NCBI GenBank assembly: GCA_016784355.1
Contig: JADHUV010000009.1
Coordinates: forward strand, 8,746 to 72,745
Length of the DNA: 64,000 nt
DNA from: Nitrospira sp.
GTDB taxonomy: Bacteria; Nitrospirota; Thermodesulfovibrionia; UBA6902
Direction of reading: 5' to 3'
Part shown: piece after piece, positions 10,016 to 18,337 of the stretch
Layout of the letters: each line of letters starts with the position of its first letter
How positions within the stretch are numbered: the stretch's first letter is position 1
The notes under the pieces: model-generated
Told to the model about the DNA's origin: nothing
Seen by the model: the letters and a program-made list of their open reading frames with translations, nothing else
The model's database searches: none
Program-made: the position numbers and the translations under genes

Positions 10016-10048
10016 GCCGGGGTGTGTTTTTACCGCCCCGGTTTTTTT
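10016..10048 (+). terminator. Rho-independent terminator closing the two-gene rSAM operon
   Basis: Stem CCGGGG / CCCCGG (10017-22 / 10036-41) followed by T7 (10042-48). Confidence 0.65.
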
Positions 10049-10069
10049 ATCAGCTCAGTCGGTGATCTT

Positions 10070-11449
10070 TTATCGATGGGGCGGGTTTTTTTCGTTCAGA
10101 GCTCCCGCCAATGAATGCGCAAACTCTGAAAGACTTTCATCCCGTGCGCCGAAAATAACATAGGTGTCATGTAGTGCGGCCATATGCAGAATTTCATTTC
10201 TATTTGCAAGGTCAACTGTCTTATTATTTACCCTAATTCCTTCCGCCAGACTCCGGCTTGATATCTCTTTGCTGACAGTTCCCCCAGCGTAATATATCGG
10301 CAGCAGTATGAGCCTGTCGGATATCCTGAGATTAGTAGAAAAAGTTTTTATATACTCATCCTTCATCATCTTCGTAGGTGCATAACCATGGGGCTGGAAT
10401 ATATAGCATATATTGTCCCTGATAGCCGAAGCAGCGCGCATCATGGCCTCTATCTTGTGAGGGTTATGCGCATAATCATCAATGACAAGATGAACTCCGT
10501 CATTTAAGTGGATATCAAAGCGTCTCTCTATCCCCAGAAACTCAGGCAGCACATCGGCTATATCGGCGGCGGGGATTCCGATTTCACTCAGAAGGGCAAT
10601 GCATGACAGTGCGTTATATACATTATATTTTCCCGGGATGGAAAGTGAAAAAGTAGTCTTGTTAATGTTGAACTCAGAGCCAAATGCCATAAAATGAATA
10701 TTCTCTGCTCTGTAGTCAGAGGGCGCTTCGATGGAAAATCCTACAGCATCACTTCTTCGGATTCTGTCCAGGTATACATCATCATAATTGAGCAGGATTT
10801 TTCCCGTGGTATTGTCCATCAGGGTCTGAAACATAGAAGATGTGTGATTAATGGAATGGTGATCGAGGTCCAGATTTAGAATGATTGTATGCTCAGGCTT
10901 GTAATGTATAATACTCCCATCAGATTCGCAGGCCTCGATGACCAGTGTCTCTGAAACTCCGGAAAGTGAGTTGCCTGCACATGAGGGAGATCGGAATTGA
11001 CTTACCCTTCCGCCACCGAGGAAATTAGGAGACAGTCCCAGTCTTTCCATTAAAAAAGCCAGCATGCCTGATACAGTAGATTTACCGCTGGTTCCGGCCA
11101 CTGCAACAGTCCTGAAGGATCGGGTGATATCCGCCAGTAATTCCGGGCGCGTCATAAGGGGTATCCCTATTAATTTTGCCTTGAGTATCTCGGGGTGGTC
11201 AGCCTCGATAGCAGTACTAAACACTGCAAGATCAAGTGACTCATTAATTCCACTGCCGTCTTGTGGAAAGAGTGAAATGCCTTGAGAGGGGAAGAAAGAT
11301 TTCAGGGGGTGCTCGCCGTTATCAAAGGCCCTGTCCGAGCCGGTAATAATATGGCCCTTTTTTGCCATAAATCCGGCCAGTGCGGAGACGCCGCTGCCTC
11401 CTATGCCGGAAAAGAATATTCTGGAGTTCTTCTTAATCATATGAAGCAT
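10070..11449 (-). CDS. Mur ligase family protein (MurC/Mpl-type)
   Basis: N-terminal Rossmann motif FSGIGGSGVSALAGFMAKKGHIITGSD, ATP-binding loop AVAGTSGKST, and a C-terminal Mur ligase domain. It stands alone rather than in a dcw cluster. Confidence 0.7.
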   Translation of the reverse strand: MLHMIKKNSRIFFSGIGGSGVSALAGFMAKKGHIITGSDRAFDNGEHPLKSFFPSQGISLFPQDGSGINESLDLAVFSTAIEADHPEILKAKLIGIPLMTRPELLADITRSFRTVAVAGTSGKSTVSGMLAFLMERLGLSPNFLGGGRVSQFRSPSCAGNSLSGVSETLVIEACESDGSIIHYKPEHTIILNLDLDHHSINHTSSMFQTLMDNTTGKILLNYDDVYLDRIRRSDAVGFSIEAPSDYRAENIHFMAFGSEFNINKTTFSLSIPGKYNVYNALSCIALLSEIGIPAADIADVLPEFLGIERRFDIHLNDGVHLVIDDYAHNPHKIEAMMRAASAIRDNICYIFQPHGYAPTKMMKDEYIKTFSTNLRISDRLILLPIYYAGGTVSKEISSRSLAEGIRVNNKTVDLANRNEILHMAALHDTYVIFGARDESLSEFAHSLAGALNEKNPPHR

Positions 11450-11668
11450 CTATTGTAACGCAATTTACTTATGAATACTCTGACATCTTGTGTATGATGA
11501 ACATCATATATACTTGTAGCTATATTTTTATAAAGTTAAGTCACAACATATGATAGTTCGTTCATAAAGAACGCAATGTTCTGGCAAATCGTGCATTCTT
11601 ATAAGTCTATATATAAGTGCAGGCAGAATATATTTTAATTCGGGAAGATCTACCACTGGAGATTCAAT

Positions 11669-12217
11669 ATGAATGAAGCAGATAATTTTTTTTCAAAGAT
11701 GCGAGGAGGAGCCAAGAGTCCTCCTGTAGTCAGTCTTTCAGAGATATTCCTGTCGTGGGTAGGGGCATTTGCGGGGATATCAGCGGTGGCCTTCATGAAT
11801 TATAATGTGTTTAATGAGTCTGACTTTGTAATGATAATCGGCTCATTCGGTGCGTCTGCCGTCTTGATATATGGAGCGATCAAGAGCCCTCTGGCACAGC
11901 CGAGAAATCTGATCGGTGGACATGTGATATCAGCATTGATTGGAGTAGCCTCTTATCAGATGCTGGGTAGTACTATGTGGCTTGCCTCCGCTGTCGCAGT
12001 GGCTACCTCCATAGCGGTGATGCATGCGACAAAAACCCTTCATCCTCCCGGAGGGGCAACGGCATTAATAGCCGTTATAGGAAGTGAAAAAATACATGCC
12101 CTGGGATATATGTATGCCCTTGTGCCGGTTGGGGCAGGCGCGATTATAATGCTTTTGGTAGCGCTCATAGTTAACAATTGTGCTAAATCCAGGAAGTACC
12201 CTGAGTTCTGGCTGTAA
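11669..12217 (+). CDS. HPP-family integral membrane protein
   Basis: Eponymous motif TLHPPGGATALIAV, with 4-5 TM helices. Confidence 0.8.
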   Translation: MNEADNFFSKMRGGAKSPPVVSLSEIFLSWVGAFAGISAVAFMNYNVFNESDFVMIIGSFGASAVLIYGAIKSPLAQPRNLIGGHVISALIGVASYQMLGSTMWLASAVAVATSIAVMHATKTLHPPGGATALIAVIGSEKIHALGYMYALVPVGAGAIIMLLVALIVNNCAKSRKYPEFWL

Positions 12218-12261
12218 ATACGGCGTCACATTATTATCGATTTATAAATATTAATTGTAAT

Positions 12262-12738
12262 CTATGAAACAGTTATTTTAACGGGTTCACTGATCCAGGT
12301 CCCGTGCAGATTACAGTCTTCTATTGCTTCTATAGTTGCTGATTTCTCAAGTTTTATTTTGAAGGTTGCTGAGGATGCTGTAGTTCCGCCCGCCTTGTAT
12401 TCAGTTCGCGCAATCTCGACTCCGTCTGAAAGCAGCAGTATCATTGTGATCCAATGCTTTGACGTAGTCGGATGCTCGCTCATAAAGCCTACATTAACCG
12501 TCACCTCAAACCATTCTTCTGCCTTGATGGATAATGGACTTTTGATACCCGGGACATGCTTTTTTTCCATGCCGCTGGGGTTGCCATGATTAGTCAGGCT
12601 TTTATAACTTTCTCTGTATGCTCCTGATGGTACTCCGCTGAAAACTGCCTCTGCCTTGTTAGCCGTCAGCAACGCTGCGGTGGTTGCGATCCCCTTTAAA
12701 AAAGTTCTTCGTTCCATTTGTTCTCCTTTTAATAACAT
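12262..12738 (-). CDS. Tat-exported superoxide-reductase-like protein (desulfoferrodoxin centre II fold)
   Basis: Twin-arginine signal MERRTFLKGIATTAALL. All SOR iron-ligand blocks are present: EKKHVPGI, EHPTTSKHWITMI, CNLHGTW. The true start may be the internal Met (MERR...). Confidence 0.7.
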   Translation of the reverse strand: MLLKGEQMERRTFLKGIATTAALLTANKAEAVFSGVPSGAYRESYKSLTNHGNPSGMEKKHVPGIKSPLSIKAEEWFEVTVNVGFMSEHPTTSKHWITMILLLSDGVEIARTEYKAGGTTASSATFKIKLEKSATIEAIEDCNLHGTWISEPVKITVS

Positions 12739-13012
12739 TATCTCAGTTATAAGTATGTGCCCTATTTCTTTATATGATTTTATACGTTATGAATTTAAAT
12801 CCTATGATTTAAATCATGAATTCTCAGATATTATTCCTCGCCACTGTGACAAATTAATGACGGTACTATGATAAGCGGCTTGATTAGCTATAGGGTTTGC
12901 ATGAAGAGGATCTGTATTTCAGTCCCGTTTTTGGAAGTGAAAATTACAGTTTAGCAGCGGGTTGGCCGAAAAGATAATTGAATGCAAGGAAACAATGTGC
13001 TTATATGCCTGA

Positions 13013-13030
13013 TGGGCATGTAAGTTGCAT
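13013..13030 (+). promoter_or_regulatory. Candidate sigma-54 (-24/-12) promoter
   Basis: TGGGCAT-GTAAG-TTGCAT. GG at 13015-16 and GC at 13027-28 give exact GG-N10-GC spacing with flanking GGCA and TTGCA. It lies ~85 nt upstream of the ATG at 13112. Confidence 0.5.
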
Positions 13031-13111
13031 GTACATAAATTGGAAGGTGAACTTAACTCAGGGAGGTAGTAATAGTGCTAATGGACGTTTTTTAAAAGGA
13101 AGGAGGTTGAC

Positions 13112-13450
13112 ATGGTAGATATTAATAACAAGCTGGAATTATGCAGTATTTGCCGGGATGAGTACACATCAATTAATAGCGAGGCTGCACCTGGAGTGAT
13201 ACTCCATGTATGTCAGAAATGCCTCGACCTTGCCAGGGACAATTTTATATGGATCTGCCTCGGATGCGGGCAGGTACACTTTAGATCGAAAAAACAGGTT
13301 ATTGCTGCAACAACAGATTTTGAGCTGAAGCGGGCTTATATGCTTTGCGAAGACCAGACCGTTATACAGGGCATTGATATTTGCATCAGTTGTGATCCTG
13401 AAGGAATTATGGAGTATGTAGAGTCCAATAGATCTGCAGTTGAGTGTTAA
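13112..13450 (+). CDS. Small cysteine-rich protein with four CxxC pairs (double zinc-ribbon-like), function unknown
   Basis: Strong SD AGGAGG 7 nt before the ATG. CxxC pairs CSIC, CQKC, CLGC, CISC. Hairpins follow downstream. Confidence 0.6.
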   Translation: MVDINNKLELCSICRDEYTSINSEAAPGVILHVCQKCLDLARDNFIWICLGCGQVHFRSKKQVIAATTDFELKRAYMLCEDQTVIQGIDICISCDPEGIMEYVESNRSAVEC

Positions 13451-13504
13451 AGGTGTATGACCTGGATTATCATTGATGATTCAGGTCATATGTTTGTAAG
13501 TGTG

Positions 13505-13540
13505 AGAAAAAACAGCCGCTTGTTATAGCGGTTGTTTTTG
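13505..13540. terminator. Bidirectional hairpin terminator between convergent genes
   Basis: AACAGCCGCT-tgttat-AGCGGTTGTT, flanked by an A-run upstream and a T-run downstream. Confidence 0.55.
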
Positions 13541-13566
13541 TATGCAGTGGATTTGCCCGATTAGAA

Positions 13567-15975
13567 TTAATTTTCTGCGGCAAGTTGTGCATTAATTTTT
13601 CGTAGTAGTTGTTTGGGTCCATCAGCTTCAGGGGCCAATGTAATAAGTTTTTCGGCATATGGTCTGGCAGGCAGCCACTTTTTCTCCTGCATATAAAAAA
13701 TTACCACAGCCTGGACAATGCCTGGATCGGTGGTATCAGTCTTATGAGCCAAAAGCATTTCTGAAAGTGCTTCGGTATTTCTGCCTGTATGTCGTAGTGC
13801 CAAAGCATAATTATACCGGATACGGGCGCGATCAGGTTGTAATTCAGTGGCCCGTTTCAGAGATGCTACTGCCTCAGACAGGCGTTTTGTCTCCGAATAT
13901 AATAGGCCGAGAGAGTAGTGGGCCTCCCCGTTGTCAGGCTCAAACTCAAGGATTGCCCCGTAGGTATGCTCAGCATCCTTAGAGCGGTCCTCTGAATTGT
14001 AGAGATTAGCAAGATTGAAATAAGCAGGCGTATAGTCATTGGCAAGTCTGATCGCGGTTTTATATGAAACTTCCGCACTTTCAAGCTGTCCGAGGTTTTC
14101 ATGCAGTATTCCGAGATTGAGGTGTGCTTCCGGGCGGTCTGCTATGGTCTCCTGTGATTCAATATATTGATCAAGGGCAATTTTAAAAGTGGAAAACACA
14201 CTTTCACTGAAAAACTCACGGGGTATCTCTGTAAGGGCACGGGCTACTTCGGTTCTTACCGCTCTTATTTCATCTTTAAGCAGGGGCACGAGCAGGGAGT
14301 ATTTTTTCTCAAGCCCCTCAGGATCCGCGTCTTTAGGTATAAGGATGGATAAACCTTTTACCGCCTCATAGCGCACCAGAGGATCCTCGGCATTAAGCGA
14401 AAGGGCGGTTATATCAATGGAGGCCTTGCCTCGGAAGCGTGAAAGTATATTCAGTGCAGTAGCCCTGATAATAGCCGGTCTGTTATCGTCTGTAATAATT
14501 TTAAATAAATCTGCCCTGACCCCGGGGTTTCCTTTTTGAGCAGCTGCAAATGTCTCTGTCACGTTGTCTTCCGAACGGGATTTTGCATAAGGATACCATA
14601 CATTCATCTGCGTAGCAGCCCATTGCGCAGTTTTATCTTTATGACATCTGTTGCAGGGGTTCGGAATATCCAGTTTGAGTGTGAGATCAGGTCGCGGGAT
14701 CTGAAACTTATGATCACGTCTCGGATCAACGATCATGTATGTAGTCTCCGGCATATGGCACTCAACACACTGTGCGCCTTTAGATCCCTCCTTGTGGAAA
14801 TGATGCATGGGTGAATCATAGTCCAGTTGCTGTACGCCTGTAATCTCTCTTTCGGGTGATGAAGCATGGCATTCTATGCAAAGGTCATTGCCTGGACTCT
14901 TCAGATCTGCGCTATGAGGGTCATGACAGTCCGTACATCTCACGCCCTTCTGATATTTTTTGGACTGGAGAAATGAACCATATACGTAGACCTCATCCCG
15001 TATTTGTCCATCTGGATAATAAAAAGGCTCAGTCAGAACCTGCGGCACATAATGGTCCATAAAGGGTTTGCTGAAAGTATATTCCTCCTGCAGGCCATTA
15101 CGCAGTGAATGGCATCGGGCACAGCCCTCTATTTGAACTCGGGAGGAAATGGCTGACAGGTTAATCGTAAGGCCGGTTTGATTATACGAGTGTTTAGTAT
15201 TCCTGTCAGCAGAACCTGCCCATTCTATATGGTTTGAACCCGGGCCGTGGCAGGCCTGGCAGCCGACATCTATGTCTGACCATGTTGTGCTGAAGGTGTC
15301 GCCTAGAAGATCGTAATTTTTTCGAATATTTGTTGAATGGCATTCAGCACACATATAGTTCCAGTTGAAAAAACGTTTTGTCCAGTGAAATGAATGAGCA
15401 GATGTTATTTTTTCATCAGGATGCAGATGGATCCACTTCTGACCGCCCATATTCCCGGGATGATTATTCCAGGCGATATCCAGTATTTGCATTCGTCCGT
15501 CCGGGAACTTGATCATGTACTGCTGAAGGGGTTCTACGCCGAATACATAACTGATCTCGTAATCGTGCAGCTTGCCGTCAGGTCCATCTGTTCTGGCAAA
15601 GAATTTTTTGTTTTTTTTATAGAATTTTGAGGTTATTCCCTGATGTGTAAATACGGAATCGTTGAAATCTCCCTTTACGGTGTCCTTGTATGCGATGTCC
15701 ATGGCAAGGTCATGATGCGAATTTCTCCATTTTCTGAATTGAGCAGCATGGCACCTGGAGCAAACCCTGTCACGGACATAGCCGGCTTTGGCTGTAAAGG
15801 TTGCCTGGGATGTCTGTTTTTGTAGCTGTTCAGTCTGTGCTGGTTTATCAATGTCAGGGCTGCAGCCTTGCAGGGATGCACCCATTATAAGTATGGTAAT
15901 TAAGAAATAGGATATAAAGTGATTTGACAGTTTGTTCGCCATGGCTTTACATTTTAGCACATTTAAAGAATGCAA
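13567..15975 (-). CDS. Octahaem c-type cytochrome fused to C-terminal HEAT-like and TPR repeats (probable lipoprotein)
   Basis: Eight CxxCH motifs (CSRCH, CAECH, CQACH, CARCH, CTDCH, CIECH, CVECH, CNRCH). Signal peptide with LQGC. The C-terminal ~300 aa are TPR-like repeats. Confidence 0.85.
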   Translation of the reverse strand: MHSLNVLKCKAMANKLSNHFISYFLITILIMGASLQGCSPDIDKPAQTEQLQKQTSQATFTAKAGYVRDRVCSRCHAAQFRKWRNSHHDLAMDIAYKDTVKGDFNDSVFTHQGITSKFYKKNKKFFARTDGPDGKLHDYEISYVFGVEPLQQYMIKFPDGRMQILDIAWNNHPGNMGGQKWIHLHPDEKITSAHSFHWTKRFFNWNYMCAECHSTNIRKNYDLLGDTFSTTWSDIDVGCQACHGPGSNHIEWAGSADRNTKHSYNQTGLTINLSAISSRVQIEGCARCHSLRNGLQEEYTFSKPFMDHYVPQVLTEPFYYPDGQIRDEVYVYGSFLQSKKYQKGVRCTDCHDPHSADLKSPGNDLCIECHASSPEREITGVQQLDYDSPMHHFHKEGSKGAQCVECHMPETTYMIVDPRRDHKFQIPRPDLTLKLDIPNPCNRCHKDKTAQWAATQMNVWYPYAKSRSEDNVTETFAAAQKGNPGVRADLFKIITDDNRPAIIRATALNILSRFRGKASIDITALSLNAEDPLVRYEAVKGLSILIPKDADPEGLEKKYSLLVPLLKDEIRAVRTEVARALTEIPREFFSESVFSTFKIALDQYIESQETIADRPEAHLNLGILHENLGQLESAEVSYKTAIRLANDYTPAYFNLANLYNSEDRSKDAEHTYGAILEFEPDNGEAHYSLGLLYSETKRLSEAVASLKRATELQPDRARIRYNYALALRHTGRNTEALSEMLLAHKTDTTDPGIVQAVVIFYMQEKKWLPARPYAEKLITLAPEADGPKQLLRKINAQLAAEN

Positions 15976-16002
15976 TTGGATTTATATCAGGGTTATGCGG
16001 CA

Positions 16003-16033
16003 TAAAAAAGCACCTGCATTATAAGCAGGTGCT
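16003..16033 (-). terminator. Rho-independent terminator after apt
   Basis: GCACCTGC-attataa-GCAGGTGC, followed on the minus strand by T6. Confidence 0.6.
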
Positions 16034-16106
16034 TTCATTATTACTAAATTACTAAATTTTCTATTGAGAACAGCTGGCTGCGCTGTATACTTCTACAAAG
16101 GTTAGA

Positions 16107-16640
16107 TCAATCTCCCTCAAATTCGGTAAGGCAGTAGATTTTGTAACCTTTTTCTTTTAACTTTGCCGCTCCGCCAACATCAGGGAGGTCTACAATAAAA
16201 GCCATTTCAGCAACTATCCCGCCAAGTTTCTCTACGAGAGCAGCCGCAGCAATTGCTGTTCCGCCTGTTGCAAGCAGATCATCTACGAGCAGGACTCTTG
16301 TGCCCTTTTCGAAGGCATCGATATGGATTTCCATTTTGTCCGTTCCGTATTCAAGCTGATATTCTTCAGTGATTACTTCTCCGGGGAGTTTTCCTGGTTT
16401 TCTGATAGGAACAAAGCCCTTGCCGAGTGTATAGGAGAGAGCACCTCCAATAATAAAACCACGGGCCTCAATGCCGATTACGATATCAAAATCAACTTCT
16501 TCAGTGATGTATCTCTGTGTGAAATTGTCTATCACAAGCCTGAAGCCGACCGGGTCCTTAATAAGTGTTGTGATGTCTCTGAACATAATCCCCTTTTTGG
16601 GGTGGTCAGGTATAGTTCTGATTTTTGATTTTATTGGCAT
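16107..16640 (-). CDS. apt: Adenine phosphoribosyltransferase
   Basis: PRPP-binding motif VLLVDDLLATGGT. Length and overall pattern are typical of Apt. Confidence 0.9.
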   Translation of the reverse strand: MPIKSKIRTIPDHPKKGIMFRDITTLIKDPVGFRLVIDNFTQRYITEEVDFDIVIGIEARGFIIGGALSYTLGKGFVPIRKPGKLPGEVITEEYQLEYGTDKMEIHIDAFEKGTRVLLVDDLLATGGTAIAAAALVEKLGGIVAEMAFIVDLPDVGGAAKLKEKGYKIYCLTEFEGD

Positions 16641-16661
16641 AATAATCTCCTTAATATTGTT

Positions 16662-17426
16662 TTAGCTTGCGCAGATATCTTCATATTCCCGAATCTTCGG
16701 GATTACCTTTAGAAACAGATTTATGACATTACCGGAATTTTTACTCATGGTTGCCTTGATCATTTCCCAGGTTACCGGCTCTTCTTCCTCGTGCCAGCAG
16801 TCATAATCAGTGGACATGGCGATAGCAGCATAGTGAATCTTCTTTTCTCTTGCAAGTGGTGCCTCGGGAACCGAGCTCATGTTTATAATATCCGCATTCC
16901 AGCTTCTGAACATATGGCTTTCGGCCTTGGTAGAAAATCTTGGCCCCTCAATAGTTATAACCGTTTTATCACTGTGATATGTAAGACCCATTTCCCCGGC
17001 GGTCTCAGCCAGAAGGTTCAGGAGGTTCGGACAGAAGGGGTCAGCCATGGATGTATGTACCACCACATCTTCATTGAAAAAAGTCGTTTCTCTTTTTCTG
17101 GTATGGTCTATAAACTGGCTTGGAAATACAAGGTGTCCGGGAGCGATCTCCTGACGTAATGATCCCACTGCGGTGGCGGCAAGTATGTGGGTGCAGCCTT
17201 GTTCCTTTAGCGCCCATATATTGGCCCTGAAATTTACCTTTGATGGATAGATGGAATGGTCTTTGCCGTGTCTTGCGATAATGATGACTTCAGTGCCCTG
17301 TATCGAACCGCAGGTCAGCTCTGAAGAAGGAGCACCGTAAGGTGTTTCCATTGTAATTTCTTTGGCGTCTTTTAGGATGTCCGGGTTATCAAGCCCTGAT
17401 CCGCCGATAATTCCAATCTTGATCAT
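16662..17426 (-). CDS. mtnP: S-methyl-5'-thioadenosine phosphorylase
   Basis: N-terminus IGIIGGSGL, the HGKDH block and the PNP/MTAP fold pattern. Lies directly upstream of apt. Confidence 0.85.
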   Translation of the reverse strand: MIKIGIIGGSGLDNPDILKDAKEITMETPYGAPSSELTCGSIQGTEVIIIARHGKDHSIYPSKVNFRANIWALKEQGCTHILAATAVGSLRQEIAPGHLVFPSQFIDHTRKRETTFFNEDVVVHTSMADPFCPNLLNLLAETAGEMGLTYHSDKTVITIEGPRFSTKAESHMFRSWNADIINMSSVPEAPLAREKKIHYAAIAMSTDYDCWHEEEEPVTWEMIKATMSKNSGNVINLFLKVIPKIREYEDICAS

Positions 17427-17563
17427 AATAACTCCTTATCATGGGGATGTAATTTACAGAAAAAAGATGAACAGTTTTATCAGTGATATATATTTTAGTT
17501 AATTGAGCGCCTAAAAATCAAAGGAGTTTCTTCGGTCCCTGCGTTTGTCGGAAGGGCAGTATG

Positions 17564-18337
17564 CTATATCCGCTTGATCTCATGTGCCATGACCCATGCG
17601 AGCTTATTATCATCCCTTTTGATCTTAAACCAGTCTTTCTTTTCAGATATGATCCTGACTTTCATTCCCCTATATAGGGTGTAATGGGATGTAGCGCTTT
17701 TAAATGGCTCGAATCTCGCCTCAGCGATCTCTGTGATAACCACCGCCTCGCTGTTGAGCAGATTAATACGGTTCGTTATAGCATATAGCAGGGGCAGAAT
17801 AAGTATAAATACAAGAAAAATGAGAAATAGTGAGCGCTTCCTGAAGGCAAATATATACATACGTGCCAGAAATGCAGCAGCGGCCGCAAGCAGCAGAAAA
17901 GAGACTGATAGCGTTAGTTCGTTCAGGGAGAGAAAGCTGAAGAGGTTGAGGAAATGTCTGGACAGGGGGACCTTGTGCTCAGAGATATCAAACGTCAGAC
18001 CGCTTTTTGCATAGTTATAGTTTGAGTTAAGGTCGCTGTCTCTGGGCATAAGTCGTAATGCCCTTTCATAATACAATATGGCCATGCCCGGCTCGTTTAT
18101 TTTAAAATAGCTGTTGCCCATGTTGTAATAGATATTACCGCTCTCGTGGCCGGTCTGTTCCAAAGAGTCATACGCTTTTATAGCCTCAGTATAATTACCT
18201 TCTTCATAATGTGTGTTTCCCTTGTAAAAGAGGTAAGCGGGGTCGCTGCCGGCTTCTTGACAATTGCCGGTATCATATATGAAAACGGACATCATTATGA
18301 AAAAAAGCAGGATGTATTTATCAATATGTTTAAACAT
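17564..18337 (-). CDS. BatE-like protein (TPR repeats, TM segments, C-terminal SH3-like domain)
   Basis: TPR motifs (YYNMGNSYFK.., AILYYERAL) and a C-terminal SH3b-like block KDWFKIKRDDNKLAWV. It is the last gene of the Bat-type operon. Confidence 0.6.
   Translation of the reverse strand: MFKHIDKYILLFFIMMSVFIYDTGNCQEAGSDPAYLFYKGNTHYEEGNYTEAIKAYDSLEQTGHESGNIYYNMGNSYFKINEPGMAILYYERALRLMPRDSDLNSNYNYAKSGLTFDISEHKVPLSRHFLNLFSFLSLNELTLSVSFLLLAAAAAFLARMYIFAFRKRSLFLIFLVFILILPLLYAITNRINLLNSEAVVITEIAEARFEPFKSATSHYTLYRGMKVRIISEKKDWFKIKRDDNKLAWVMAHEIKRI

Noticed and set aside
11582-11597. TGGCAA-atcg-TGCAT upstream of the HPP gene, which resembles a sigma-54 promoter.
   Set aside because: The spacing is GG-N8-GC rather than the required GG-N10-GC.
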